From an uncultured Thermoleophilia bacterium (GTDB lineage: Bacteria; Actinomycetota; Thermoleophilia; UBA2241): a DNA stretch of 64,000 nt. The translations under genes were made by a program, and so were the position numbers. The notes under the pieces are model-generated. The model was not told where the DNA came from. It worked only from the letters and a program-made list of their open reading frames with translations, and made no database searches. This document shows, one piece after another, positions 49,042 to 57,549 of the stretch. How positions within the stretch are numbered: the first letter of the stretch is position 1; every line of letters begins with the position of its first letter. The DNA lies in the NCBI GenBank assembly GCA_963790185.1, contig CAWBNR010000011.1, forward strand, positions 93,432 through 157,431, written 5' to 3'.

Positions 49042-49127
49042 TGGTGCGGGTGAGAGGACTTGAACCTCCACGGGCAGTGCCCACCAGATCCTAAGTCTAG
49101 CGCGTCTACCAGTTCCGCCACACCCGC
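49042..49127 (-). tRNA. tRNA-Leu (anticodon TAG), CCA encoded
   Basis: GCGGGTGTGGCGGAACTGGTAGACGCGCTAGACTTAGGATCTGGTGGGCACTGCCCGTGGAGGTTCAAGTCCTCTCACCCGCACCA. It has a long variable arm and folds as a cloverleaf by hand. Confidence 0.9.
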
Positions 49128-49202
49128 AGGCGTTGCGCGACACGTACCTAGGCAACCGTCGCCGGTATACGGGCCAGACTGCGACCACGGGGTGGTCGTG
49201 AG

Positions 49203-49279
49203 TGGGGTGAAGGACGGGATTCGAACCCGCGACCACCAGGGCCACAACCTGGAGCTCTACCGACTGAGCTACCTCCACC
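49203..49279 (-). tRNA. tRNA-His (anticodon GTG) with encoded G-1 and CCA
   Basis: G-GTGGAGGTAGCTCAGTCGGTAGAGCTCCAGGTTGTGGCCCTGGTGGTCGCGGGTTCGAATCCCGTCCTTCACCCCA. G-1 opposite C73 is the His identity element. Confidence 0.9.
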
Positions 49280-49474
49280 ACCGGCCGCCGTGCGTGCACG
49301 GCGGCAAGCAAGGATACCACCTCGCCCGGCGACCGTCACACACGCGCGCGGGGAACCGGGGCGCGTCCTGCAGCGCAGTCGGCCAGCCGCAGTGCGGCGC
49401 GTCGAGCGAGCTCGAGACAAGGTCTGGGCCGAACGCGACCGAAGCACAGCGGAGACACAACGAGGAGAATGAGC

Positions 49475-49550
49475 TGGCGCGCCCGGCAGGATTCGAACCT
49501 GCGACCTGAGGATTAGAAGTCCCTGCTCTATCCAGCTGAGCTACGGGCGC
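49475..49550 (-). tRNA. tRNA-Arg (anticodon TCT); the anticodon stem appears 1 nt short
   Basis: GCGCCCGTAGCTCAGCTGGATAGAGCAGGGACTTCTAATCCTCAGGTCGCAGGTTCGAATCCTGCCGGGCGCGCCA. The acceptor, D and T arms are canonical. The 5' side of the anticodon stem reads (A)GGGA opposite TCCTC. Confidence 0.8.
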
Positions 49551-49599
49551 CCGGGTGACGGCGCTGACGTCGCGCCGAAGTGACCGTGCCGGGAAGAAG

Positions 49600-49676
49600 T
49601 GGAGCGGGAGACGGGCTTCGAACCCGCGACCCTCAGCTTGGAAGGCTGATGCTCTAGCCAACTGAGCTACTCCCGC
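49600..49676 (-). tRNA. tRNA-Gly (anticodon TCC), CCA encoded
   Basis: GCGGGAGTAGCTCAGTTGGCTAGAGCATCAGCCTTCCAAGCTGAGGGTCGCGGGTTCGAAGCCCGTCTCCCGCTCCA. Confidence 0.9.
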
Positions 49677-49690
49677 TCGCTGGGTGGTGC

Positions 49691-49767
49691 TGGTCGGGAC
49701 GGGCGGATTCGAACCGCCGACCCCCTGCTCCCAAAGCAGGTGCGCTACCAGGCTGCGCCACGTCCCG
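49691..49767 (-). tRNA. tRNA-Pro (anticodon TGG), CCA encoded
   Basis: CGGGACGTGGCGCAGCCTGGTAGCGCACCTGCTTTGGGAGCAGGGGGTCGGCGGTTCGAATCCGCCCGTCCCGACCA. TATACT (49782-49777, minus strand) lies 9 nt upstream of the 5' end. Confidence 0.9.
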
Positions 49768-49810
49768 GCGCCGGCCAGTATACCCCAGCGCCGCAGGAGG
49801 CTGGCACGGC

Positions 49811-50804
49811 GTGCAGAACCCCAAGACCGTGACCATCACGATGACAGCCTTCGTCGACGGCCAGGCCCAAGCGCCCGGAGTCGCCGAGGCCGGCTTCGCG
49901 CGCACGCCGCGCGCCGCCGGCGCGGTCCTGTGGCTCGACGTGGACGCAGCCCACCGAAGACGAGCTGCTCCTACTCGAAGCGGAGCTCGACGCTCCCGGC
50001 GCTCGCCGTCGAGGAAGTGCGCGCGAGCGCACCAGCGGCCCAAGGTCGACCACTACGAGGACTGCGTGCTCATCGTGCCTACGCGGCCCGGTACGCTCCC
50101 GGCGACGACTCGCTGTCGTTCTCGAGCTCGATCTGTTCGTCGGGCGCGACTACGTCATCACGGTGCGGCCGCGCCCCGCGTTCGACGACGCGGCCCTCCG
50201 CAGAGACCTGACGGCGACCGAAGGCCGGCCCCTGCGCAACAGCGGCGCCGCTCGCCTACGGCGTGCTCGACCACGTCGTGGACGGCTACTTCGACGTGAG
50301 CGAGGAGCATCGAGGCGCGCATCGAGACGATCGACGACGCTGGTCTGGGACGGTCTGACGAGCGACGACCTCGCCCGCGCCTTCGCCCTGCGACGCGACC
50401 TCGTGCGCTTCGGCGCGTGGTCGCGCCGCTGCGCGAGGTGCTTAACGTCGTCGTGCGCCGCGACGAGGCGTCTTCGACGACACCATGGACGAGCACTTCC
50501 GCGACCTCTACGACCACGTGGTCACGCGTGCACGAAGAGATCGACACGACCGCGATCTGCTGGCGAGCGCGCTCGACGACCACCTCTCGGTCGTGTCCAA
50601 CCGGCTGAACGAGGTCGTGCTCAAGGTGAGCGCCTGGGCGGCCATCATCGCGCTGCCCACCGTGATCGCGAGCGTCTACGGCATGAACTTCGTACCACAT
50701 GCCCGAGCTGCAGTGGGCGTTCGGCTACCCGGGTCGCTCTCGCCCTCATGGCCGCCGCAGCCGTCGCCTTGTACGCCGTGTTCAAACGGCGCGGCTGGCT
50801 CTAG
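49811..50804 (+). pseudogene. corA: CorA-type magnesium/cobalt transporter, multiply frameshifted
   Basis: Pieces are spread over the plus-strand ORFs. 49811..50299 holds VLWLDVDA and RPKVDHYEDCVLIV. 49684..50211 holds ALAVEEVRA. 50485..50883 holds RLNEVVLKVSAWAAIIALPTVIASVYGMNF (GMN motif). 50163..50804 holds ALALMAAAAVALYAVFKRRGWL-stop. Confidence 0.8.
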
Positions 50805-51154
50805 ACGACGTCGAGCAGACGTCGCTCCTCGAGTACGGCAGCAGCAAGCTCGTCGCCCGGCTGCAAGTGCGCCGGCGTCGTAGCGCCGTTGAGGCTGCTC
50901 GATCTCGTAGACCGCCCGCCGCAGATCGTGCCCGCGCCGTATGCGCGCACGGCGATGCACCAGACCGTGTCGCCGGCTCGTGCCACGTAGTGCGACCGGG
51001 CTGCGCCGAGCCGGTGGCCTTCGCCACCCAGACCCCGAGCGCAGACGACAACGGCGACCGCGAGGATGAGGACCGCGAGGCGCACGAGGCCGCGCCGCCG
51101 CGCGGCGCCGCGCGCGCGGCGCCGGACAGCGCCGCGCCTCGAGGGCGCAGGCAC
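50801..51154 (-). pseudogene. membrane-anchored LysM-domain protein with a locally garbled frame; the true 5' end may lie further upstream
   Basis: ORF 50801..51154(-). TM segment LVRLAVLILAVAVVV, then YVARAGDTVWCIAVRAYG ... LNGATTPAHLQPGDEL. The expected middle of the LysM fold (DLRRAVYEIEQ) is encoded in another frame (ORF 50676..51320). Confidence 0.6.
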
Positions 51155-51413
51155 GCGGACCGTGGCCGCAGGCGGGCGGAGCCTCGCTCACGCCCTCGCC
51201 CCTGACGGCGAGCGCGCACGCCCTCGAGCTCGCAGCCGCAGTCGGCACAGCGCACGACGACGCGACCGGTGCCAGCGGTCGGCGAGCACGCGGCTCGCCA
51301 CCGCGCCGCACCAGAGGCACGTCGCCGGCCTCGTCGTCGAGGACGGCGGCGAGCGCCTCGTCGACGACGTCGGCGAGCGTCGGTTCGGGCGCGATGGCGA
51401 GCGGACGACACGT

Positions 51414-52016
51414 TCATAGCCTGCGCAGCACCCCCACGACCTTGCCGACGAGCTGGACGTCGTCGCGAGGACGATGGGCTCGTAGAGGTCGTTCTCTGGC
51501 TGCAGCCGGATGCGGCTGCCTTCGCGGATAGAAGCGCTTGGTCGTGGCCTCGTCGTCGACCAGCGCGACCACGATCTCGCCGTTCTCGGCGGTGGCGCTG
51601 CGGATGGCACCACGATGTAGTCGCCGTCTGAAGATGCCGGCGCTCGATCATGGAGTCGCCCTCGACCGCGCAGCACGAAGTCGTCGTCGCCGCGCCGCAG
51701 GAAGCGCGGGGACGTCGACGTACTCCTCGATGTTCTGCTCGGCGAGCAGCGGCACGCCGGCGGCGACGCGACCGACGAGCGGCAGCGGCCGCGACGGACG
51801 GGAGCGCGCACCACCTCGAGCGCGCGCGGCTTGCTCGGGTCGCGCCGGATGAGCCCGAGGCGCTCGAGGTTGGCGAGATGCACGTGCACCGTGGACGGCG
51901 ACGACAACTTGAGGCGCACTGCAGATCTCGCGCACCGTGGGCGGGTAGCCGTTGTCGCGCATGCACTCGCGGATGTACTCGAGTACCTGCTCCTGACGTG
52001 CGGTGAGACCCTTCAC
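51414..52016 (-). pseudogene. lexA: LexA repressor, multiply frameshifted in this sequence
   Basis: GTG at 52016 with an AAGGAGG SD. MKGLTARQEQVLEYIRECMRDNGYPPTVREIC and LPLVGRVAAGVPLLAEQNIEEYVDVP lie in ORF 51648..52016. STVHVHLANLERLGLIRRDPSKPRALEV and RIRLQPENDLYEPIVL lie in 51188..51919. VEGDSMIE lies in 50782..52080. The hand-read end DDVQLVGKVVGVLRRL-TGA is at 51414. Confidence 0.85.
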
Positions 52017-52032
52017 TCCTGCCTCCTTGAGT

Positions 52033-52046
52033 CGAACACATGTTCG
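52033..52046. promoter_or_regulatory. SOS box 1 upstream of lexA
   Basis: cgaacacatgttcg (CGAAC-N4-GTTCG), 17 nt upstream of the lexA GTG. Confidence 0.75.
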
Positions 52047-52061
52047 TGTGCAGCCTAAAGT

Positions 52062-52073
52062 GAACGTGTGTTC
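52062..52073. promoter_or_regulatory. SOS box 2 upstream of lexA
   Basis: gaacgtgtgttc (GAAC-N4-GTTC), 46 nt upstream of the lexA GTG. Confidence 0.65.
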
Positions 52074-52166
52074 GTGTCAACGGGGATGATAGAGACGGCG
52101 GTGACGGAAAACGGAAGGACCGGGGCCGGCCTCAGCGGCGCCAGCGCTCGCGGGGCTCAGCGGCCG

Positions 52167-52863
52167 TCAGGCGGGGTACTCCGCCGGGTCCTCGGCCGCC
52201 GTCTCGTCGGCGGCGATCTCGTGACAGAAGCGCAGCGTCTCTCCGTCGTCCTCCGTCGCGAGCGACCGTCGTAGAGCCGGCGCAGCTCGGCGACGGGGTC
52301 CGGATGGTCGTCGACGCGAAGGTCGACGAAGGGGACGACGGTGCGGTGCACCACGATCACGGCGGCCGACTGCCGCCCGCGCCGGTCGCCGCCGGCCGCC
52401 TGACCGGCCTCGAGGACGGCGATGAGGCGGTCGGCGAGATCGCGCTCCTCGCCGGAGGCGAGAAACGCCGCCTCCATCGCGGCGACCGTGTCCTCGGAGA
52501 CGAGGAGGTTGCCGGCGACCGCGTAGTCCGGCCCGCACCGGCCGCCGCACCAGGGGTCGGCCTTCGCCCCGGTGTAGGTCGCCGTGCGGCCGTCGGCGTC
52601 GACCACGTTCAGCTGGCGGTACGCGGCGCAGGCGATCGGCGGCGAGCGCCTCCTCCAGGGCCGCGGGGGCGTCGAGGCCTTCCTCGAGCAGCGCAGCGAT
52701 GATCGGGGCCGAGGAACGGGTTGACCCAAGCCTGGGTCGCCACGGCGCCGACGCCGGCTCGCACCAACGGGCAGATCGCTTCCGCACGGCGAGCGCCTTC
52801 GAGGAGACGGCCACACCGAGCATGCCGGTCGAACGGATCGCGCGCGACGATGGAGAAGGTCAT
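52167..52863 (-). pseudogene. DUF1028 family (Ntn-hydrolase-like) protein, frameshifted
   Basis: ATG at 52863 with a GGGAGG SD gives MTFSIVARDP (ORF 52609..52923). GVGAVATQAWVNPFLGP, LNVVDADGRTATYTG and AAGGDRRGRQSAAVIVV are spread over ORFs 52157..52879 and 52167..52823. Confidence 0.7.
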
Positions 52864-52971
52864 CGGAGGCCTCCCGCACCGTGCGTCTCTCGCGGTCGTC
52901 ACGTCAGCGGCGTCTGCGGGCAAGGACGGCAGGTCGAGGATCGCGGCGACTCGAGCTACCTGCGCCTGGCG

Positions 52972-53881
52972 CTAGCAGCGTCCGGCGCGCGCAGCGCCTG
53001 CGCGGGCGATCCTGGCCACCAGCGCCGCCTCCGGGGCAGCAGGCCGACGACCTCGCTCTCGGCGCACGGCGACGCCGGCGGCGCGCGCCCGCGACTCGAC
53101 CGCCTCGAACGCGTCGACCATCGAGGTCACGCGGTAGTCGGTCAGGTTCATCGAGACCTGCACGCACCGTCGTCGAGCGCGAGGCCGATGGCCTTGACGC
53201 TCGGCAGGCCGCCGTCGCGCTCGCGGATCTGCCGCGCGATGCGCCTTGGCCAGCTCGAGGTCGTCGCTCGCGAGGTTGACGTTGTAGGCGATCAGCGGGG
53301 CGCGGGCGCCGACGGCGACCGCGCCGGCCGTCGGATGGACCTGCGCGCGGGCCCTCGTCGGGCGCGCCGCGACGGGTCGCGCGCCGATCGCCTCGCGCAG
53401 ACCCTCGAACTCGCCCGCGGCGCACGACGGCCAGGTTGCGGCGCTCCGGACGCCGCGCGGCCTCCTCGTAGAGGTAGACGGGGATGGCGAGCTCGGCGCC
53501 GACGCGCCGCCGAGCGCGTGCGCCGGCAGCGACGCAGCACCGGCATGTCGTCGTCTTCGAGCGGGCACGAACGGCACCACGTCGGCGGCGCCGAAGCGCG
53601 GGTGGGCGCCCTCGTGGCGGTTGAGGTCGATCAGGCGGGCGGCCGCCGCGACGCCGCGGAACGCGGCCTCGGCGGCCGCCCCTCGGCTCGCCGACGAAGG
53701 TGATCACGCTGCGGTTGTGCGTCTCGTCGCTCTGGCGGTCGAGCACGCTGACCCCGTCGACCGCCGCGATGGCGGCGACGATCTCGTCGACGACCTCCGG
53801 CCGGCGGCCCTCGGAGAAGTTGGGGACACACTCGATCAGGGTCACGGCCGTCTCCCCCATCCTCTCGTCCGTAGCCGGCAC
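52972..53881 (-). pseudogene. glutamate formiminotransferase (FtcD N-terminal-domain type), frameshifted; 3' end approximate
   Basis: ORF 52904..53881(-) begins ...LIECVPNFSEGRRPEVVDEIVAAIAAVDGVSVLDRQSDETHNRSVITFVGEP. ORF 52972..53580(-) carries HPTAGAVAVGARAPLIAYNVNL and VQVSMNLTDYRVTSMVDAFEAVE. Confidence 0.75.
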
Positions 53882-53893
53882 CCCGCCGCACGC

Positions 53894-55188
53894 TCACGAC
53901 GACGCCGCTCGCCACCACGCCGGCGACGAGGTTGACGCCGAAGTGGTAGGGCAGCTCGTGGCGGCTCGTCGGCGTCGCAGCACGATCAGGTCGCAGCGCT
54001 TGCCCCGGCTCGAGGCTGCCGACACTCGTCCCGCGAGCCGCAGGGCCGCCGCGCCGCCGACGTCGCCGCGCGCAGCGCCTCGGCCGGCGTCAGCCGCATC
54101 TCCTGGCAGGCCAGCGAGATCATCATCTGCATGTTCTCGCAGTAGCAGGTGCCGGGGTTGAAGTCGGTGGCCAGCGCGACGTCGACGCCGGCCTCGAGAA
54201 GGTCGCGCGCCGGCGCGTAGGCCGCGTGCAGGGTGAAGCTCGTGCCGGGCAGCAGCACGGCGACGACACCGGCCTCGCGCAGCGCGGCGATCTCCTCCGC
54301 AGGTCGCGTGCACGAGGTGGTCGGCCGAGACGCAGCCGAGCTCGGCGGCGAGCATGGCCGCCGCCCGAGCGCGCCAGCTCGTCGGCGTGGATCTTGCAGG
54401 CCGATACCCAGCCTCGCGCGCCGCCTCGAGCACGCGCCGTGACTGCTCGACGCTGAAGGCGCCCTCGTCGCAGAAGACGTCGACGAACTCGGCCATCGGC
54501 GCGCAGCGCGGGCAGCATCTCGTCGCAGACGCAGGTCGATGTACTCGTCCGCGCGGCCGCCGAACTCGGCGGGCGTGAAGTGCGCCCCGAGCAGGGTGCG
54601 CGCGCGGCGGGCCGGATGGCCCACCGCCGCCGCCCGCAGCATCTTGCGCTTCGTCGTCCGGCGTGAGGCCGTAGCCGCTCTTGACCTCGAGCGTCGTCGT
54701 GCCGTGGAGGAGGAAGCGAGTCGAGGCGACGCGCGGTCAGCGCGGCGAGCTCGGCCTCGCGCGGCGGCGCGCGTCGCCGCGCACGGTGGCGTTGATGCCG
54801 CCGCCGACGCCGAGGATCTCGGCGTAGCTGACGCCGCGCGAGCCGCTCGCCGTACTCGTCGGCGCGCGAGCCGGCGAACACGGCGTGCGTGTGGGCAGTC
54901 GACGAAGCCCGGGAGCACGCAGGCGCCGCTCGGCGTCGAGCTCGACGGCGTCGTCGCCGAGGCTCGACGGCTCGCGCGCGAGCTCGGCCTCGCGGCCGAC
55001 CCAGACGATCGCGCCGTCGCGCGCCGCCAGCGCGCCGTCGCGCAGCACGCCGAGGCCGTCAGCGTCGCCGGGCCGCCGCCATCGGTGACGAGCTCGCCCG
55101 CGCCGCGCAGGACGAGGTCGCGCGGCAACCGGCGCTCACGCAGTCGGCCGGTCACGCGGCGCGCACTCGGCACCCGCTGCTCGCTCAT
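53894..55188 (-). pseudogene. hutI: imidazolonepropionase, frameshifted; 3' end approximate
   Basis: ATG at 55188 (ATGA overlap with the hutU stop). [10 protein letters not shown] lies in ORF 54737..55048. [27 protein letters not shown] and [13 protein letters not shown] lie in 53894..54496. [10 protein letters not shown]-type segments lie in 54123..54881 and 53986..55404. Confidence 0.75.
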
Positions 55189-56872
55189 CGTCGCACCATC
55201 GGCAGGTCGATGCCGCTCTCGCGCGCCGCCTCGAGCGCCTCGGGGTAGCCGGCGTCGGCGTGGCGCATGACGCCCGGTGCCCGGGTCGGTCGTGAGCACG
55301 CGCCGCAGGCGCTCGGCCATCATCTCGGTGCCGTCGGCGACCACCACCATGCCGGCGTGGAGGCTCTTGCCGATGCCCACGCCGCCGCCGTGGTGGAAGC
55401 TCACCCAGCTCGGCGCCCGCGGCCGTGTTGAGCAGGGCGTTCAGGATCGGCCAGTCGGCGATCGCGTCGGAGCCGTCGCGCATGCCCTCGGTCTCGCGGT
55501 AGGGCGAGGCGACCGAGCCCGAGTCGAGGTGGTCGCGGCCGATCACGATCGGCGCCTTGACCTCGCCGCGTGCGCACGAGGTCGTTGAAGAGCTCGCCCA
55601 GCCTTCGCGCGCTCGCCGTACTCGAGCCAGCAGATGCGGCAGGGCAGGCCCTGGAAGTGCACCTTCTCGCCCGCCATGCGCGATCCAGCGGGTGACCATC
55701 TCGTTGTCGGGGAAGGTCTCGAGCACGGCGCGGTCGGTGCGCGCGATGTCGGCCGGGTCGCCCGAGAGCGCCGCCCAGCGGAAGGGCCCGTTGCCGCGGC
55801 AGAAGAGCGGCCGGATGTAGGCCGGCACGAAGCCCTGGAAGGCGAAGGCGTCGGCGTAGCCGGCCGCCTTCGCCTCGCCGCGGATGTTGTTGCCGTAGTC
55901 GAAGACGTCGGCGCCGGCCCGCTGCAGGGCGACCATCGCCTCGACGTGGACGACGATGCTCGGCCACGGCGCGCCGCACGTACTCCGCCGGGTCGCGTCG
56001 CGCGCAGCTCGAGCGCCTCGTCGAGGCTCATGCCGTTGGGCACGTAGCCGTTCAGCGTGTCGTGGGCCGAGGTCTGGTCGGTGACCAGGTCGGGCGACGA
56101 CGCCGCGGCGCACGAGCTCGGGGTAGACGTCGGCGGCGTTGCCGAGCAGGCCGATCGAGAGCGGCCGCTTCGCGGCCACGGCCTCGTCGGCCCAGGCGCA
56201 GCGCCTCGTCGAGCGACTCGGTCGGCGACGTCGAGGTAGGCCGTCTCGAGGCGGCGGCGGATGCGCTCCGGGTCGACCTCGACGCAGAGCGCCACGCCGC
56301 CGGCCATGGTGACCGCCAGCGGCTGGGCGCCGCCCATGCCGCCGAGGCCGGCGGTCAGCACGAGGCGGCCGGCGAGGTCGGCCGCCGAAGTGCTTCTGCC
56401 GCCGCGGCGGCGAAGGTCTGGTAGGTGCCCTGCAGGATGCCCTGCGTGCCGATGTAGATCCACGAGCCGGCCGTCATCTGGCCGTACATCGTGAGGCCCG
56501 AGGGCGTCGAGGCGGCGGAACTCGTCCCAGTTCGCCCAGTCGGGCGACCAGGTTGGCGTTGGCGATGAGCACGCGCGGCGCCCACTCGTGGGTCGCGAAG
56601 ACGCCGACCGGCTTGCCCGACTGCACGAGCAGCGTCTCGTCGTCCTCGAGGCGCCGCAGCGTGGCGACGATGGCGTCGAAGCACTCCCAGTTGCGCGCCG
56701 CCTTGCCGGCGCCGCCGTAGACGATGAGCTCCTGCGGGCGCGCTCGGCGACCTCGGGGTCGAGGTTGTTCATGAGCATGCGCAGGGCGGCTTCCTGCTGC
56801 CAGCCGCGGCAGCTCAGCTGCGTGCCGCGCGGGGCGCGCACGGGGCGCGGCTTCGAGAGGCTCGGGCATCAT
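55185..56872 (-). pseudogene. hutU: urocanate hydratase, frameshifted at least 8 times
   Basis: [32 protein letters not shown] lies in ORF 55543..56841. [22 protein letters not shown]...[11 protein letters not shown] lies in 56474..56881. [26 protein letters not shown] lies in 56355..56684. FQGFVPAYIRPLFCRGNGPFRW lies in 55136..56179. [24 protein letters not shown] lies in 53986..55404. Confidence 0.85.
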
Positions 56873-56993
56873 CACCTCCACATCGGGCGCGCCACATGCG
56901 GCGCGGATACCGCCAAGGATACCGCTCGCGCGACGACGAGGTCATCGTGCCGCCAGTGTTCCTGCACCAAGGAGACGCCGGCAGAACGAAGGG

Positions 56994-57029
56994 GCGGGCG
57001 GGGGCTGCACTTCGACAGCCCCCGCCCGC
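56994..57029. other. 14-bp perfect GC-rich stem-loop in the divergent hutU / small-ORF intergenic region
   Basis: gcgggcgggggctg (56994-57007) pairs with cagcccccgcccgc (57016-57029), with an 8-nt loop cacttcga. No T tract on either side. Confidence 0.6.
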
Positions 57030-57178
57030 ACCCGCGCTCATTACCCGTCGCGCACGCGCCAACGCCGTACATTCATCTAGACGCATCAAGTCAGGCCGTC
57101 ACGACGCCGATACACCCCCCGAGCGGGTCAGTGGTCTCGATCGCGTGACCCGAACCAGCAAGAGATTGAGGGGAACTC

Positions 57179-57277
57179 ATGAAGCAGCTGACCGGACGGT
57201 ATCCGCGCCTGGCGTACCTCCTCTTCTTGGTCTTCTCCCTGGCGATCGCCAGCGGAGCGGGCCGGAAGTGGAGCTGA
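57179..57277 (+). CDS. 32-aa hydrophobic small ORF A (hypothetical)
   Basis: Hand-translated as MKQLTGRYPRLAYLLFLVFSLAIASGAGRKWS. GAGGGG lies 5 nt upstream of the ATG. It is too short for the ORF track. Confidence 0.4.
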   Translation: MKQLTGRYPRLAYLLFLVFSLAIASGAGRKWS

Positions 57278-57363
57278 ACCACGACGGATGGTGCCTTGAC
57301 CATCGCAGCAGTCATGCCGATGCAGCACCGTGCGACTTCTACAAACCGTATTGGGGGACACCC

Positions 57364-57459
57364 ATGACCAAGCTGATCCACAGAAACAAGTACATCTACG
57401 CGCTCGCCGTCATCGCCCTGCTCGCGCTGTCCAGCGGAGCCGGGCTGAAGTGGGCATGA
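57364..57459 (+). CDS. 31-aa hydrophobic small ORF B (hypothetical), a paralogue of ORF A
   Basis: MTKLIHRNKYIYALAVIALLALSSGAGLKWA. GGGGGA lies 5 nt upstream of the ATG. It forms the 3' end of track ORF 56896..57459. The C-terminal agcggagc.gg.c.gaagtgg is shared with ORF A. Confidence 0.4.
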   Translation: MTKLIHRNKYIYALAVIALLALSSGAGLKWA

Positions 57460-57549
57460 CCGAGGCCCTGACCGTTACCCTCTGACGACGTGCGCTGAGT
57501 CGAACAGCCACTCCCCCCCGCCATTCACTATCGACTCGGAGAAAGCACC

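Noticed and set aside
50801-50804. The CTAG where the convergent corA (TAG 50802-04) and LysM (TAG 50801-03) stops overlap.
   Set aside because: This is a coincidental overlap of two stop codons in a palindromic tetranucleotide, and no further structure is associated with it.
56896-57459. A 187-aa plus-strand ORF spanning the hutU upstream region and both small ORFs.
   Set aside because: It starts inside the hutU 5' region, reads through the 14-bp hairpin, and is Arg/Pro-rich until its last 31 codons. Only the terminal MTKLIH...GLKWA part, which has its own SD-like element, looks coding.
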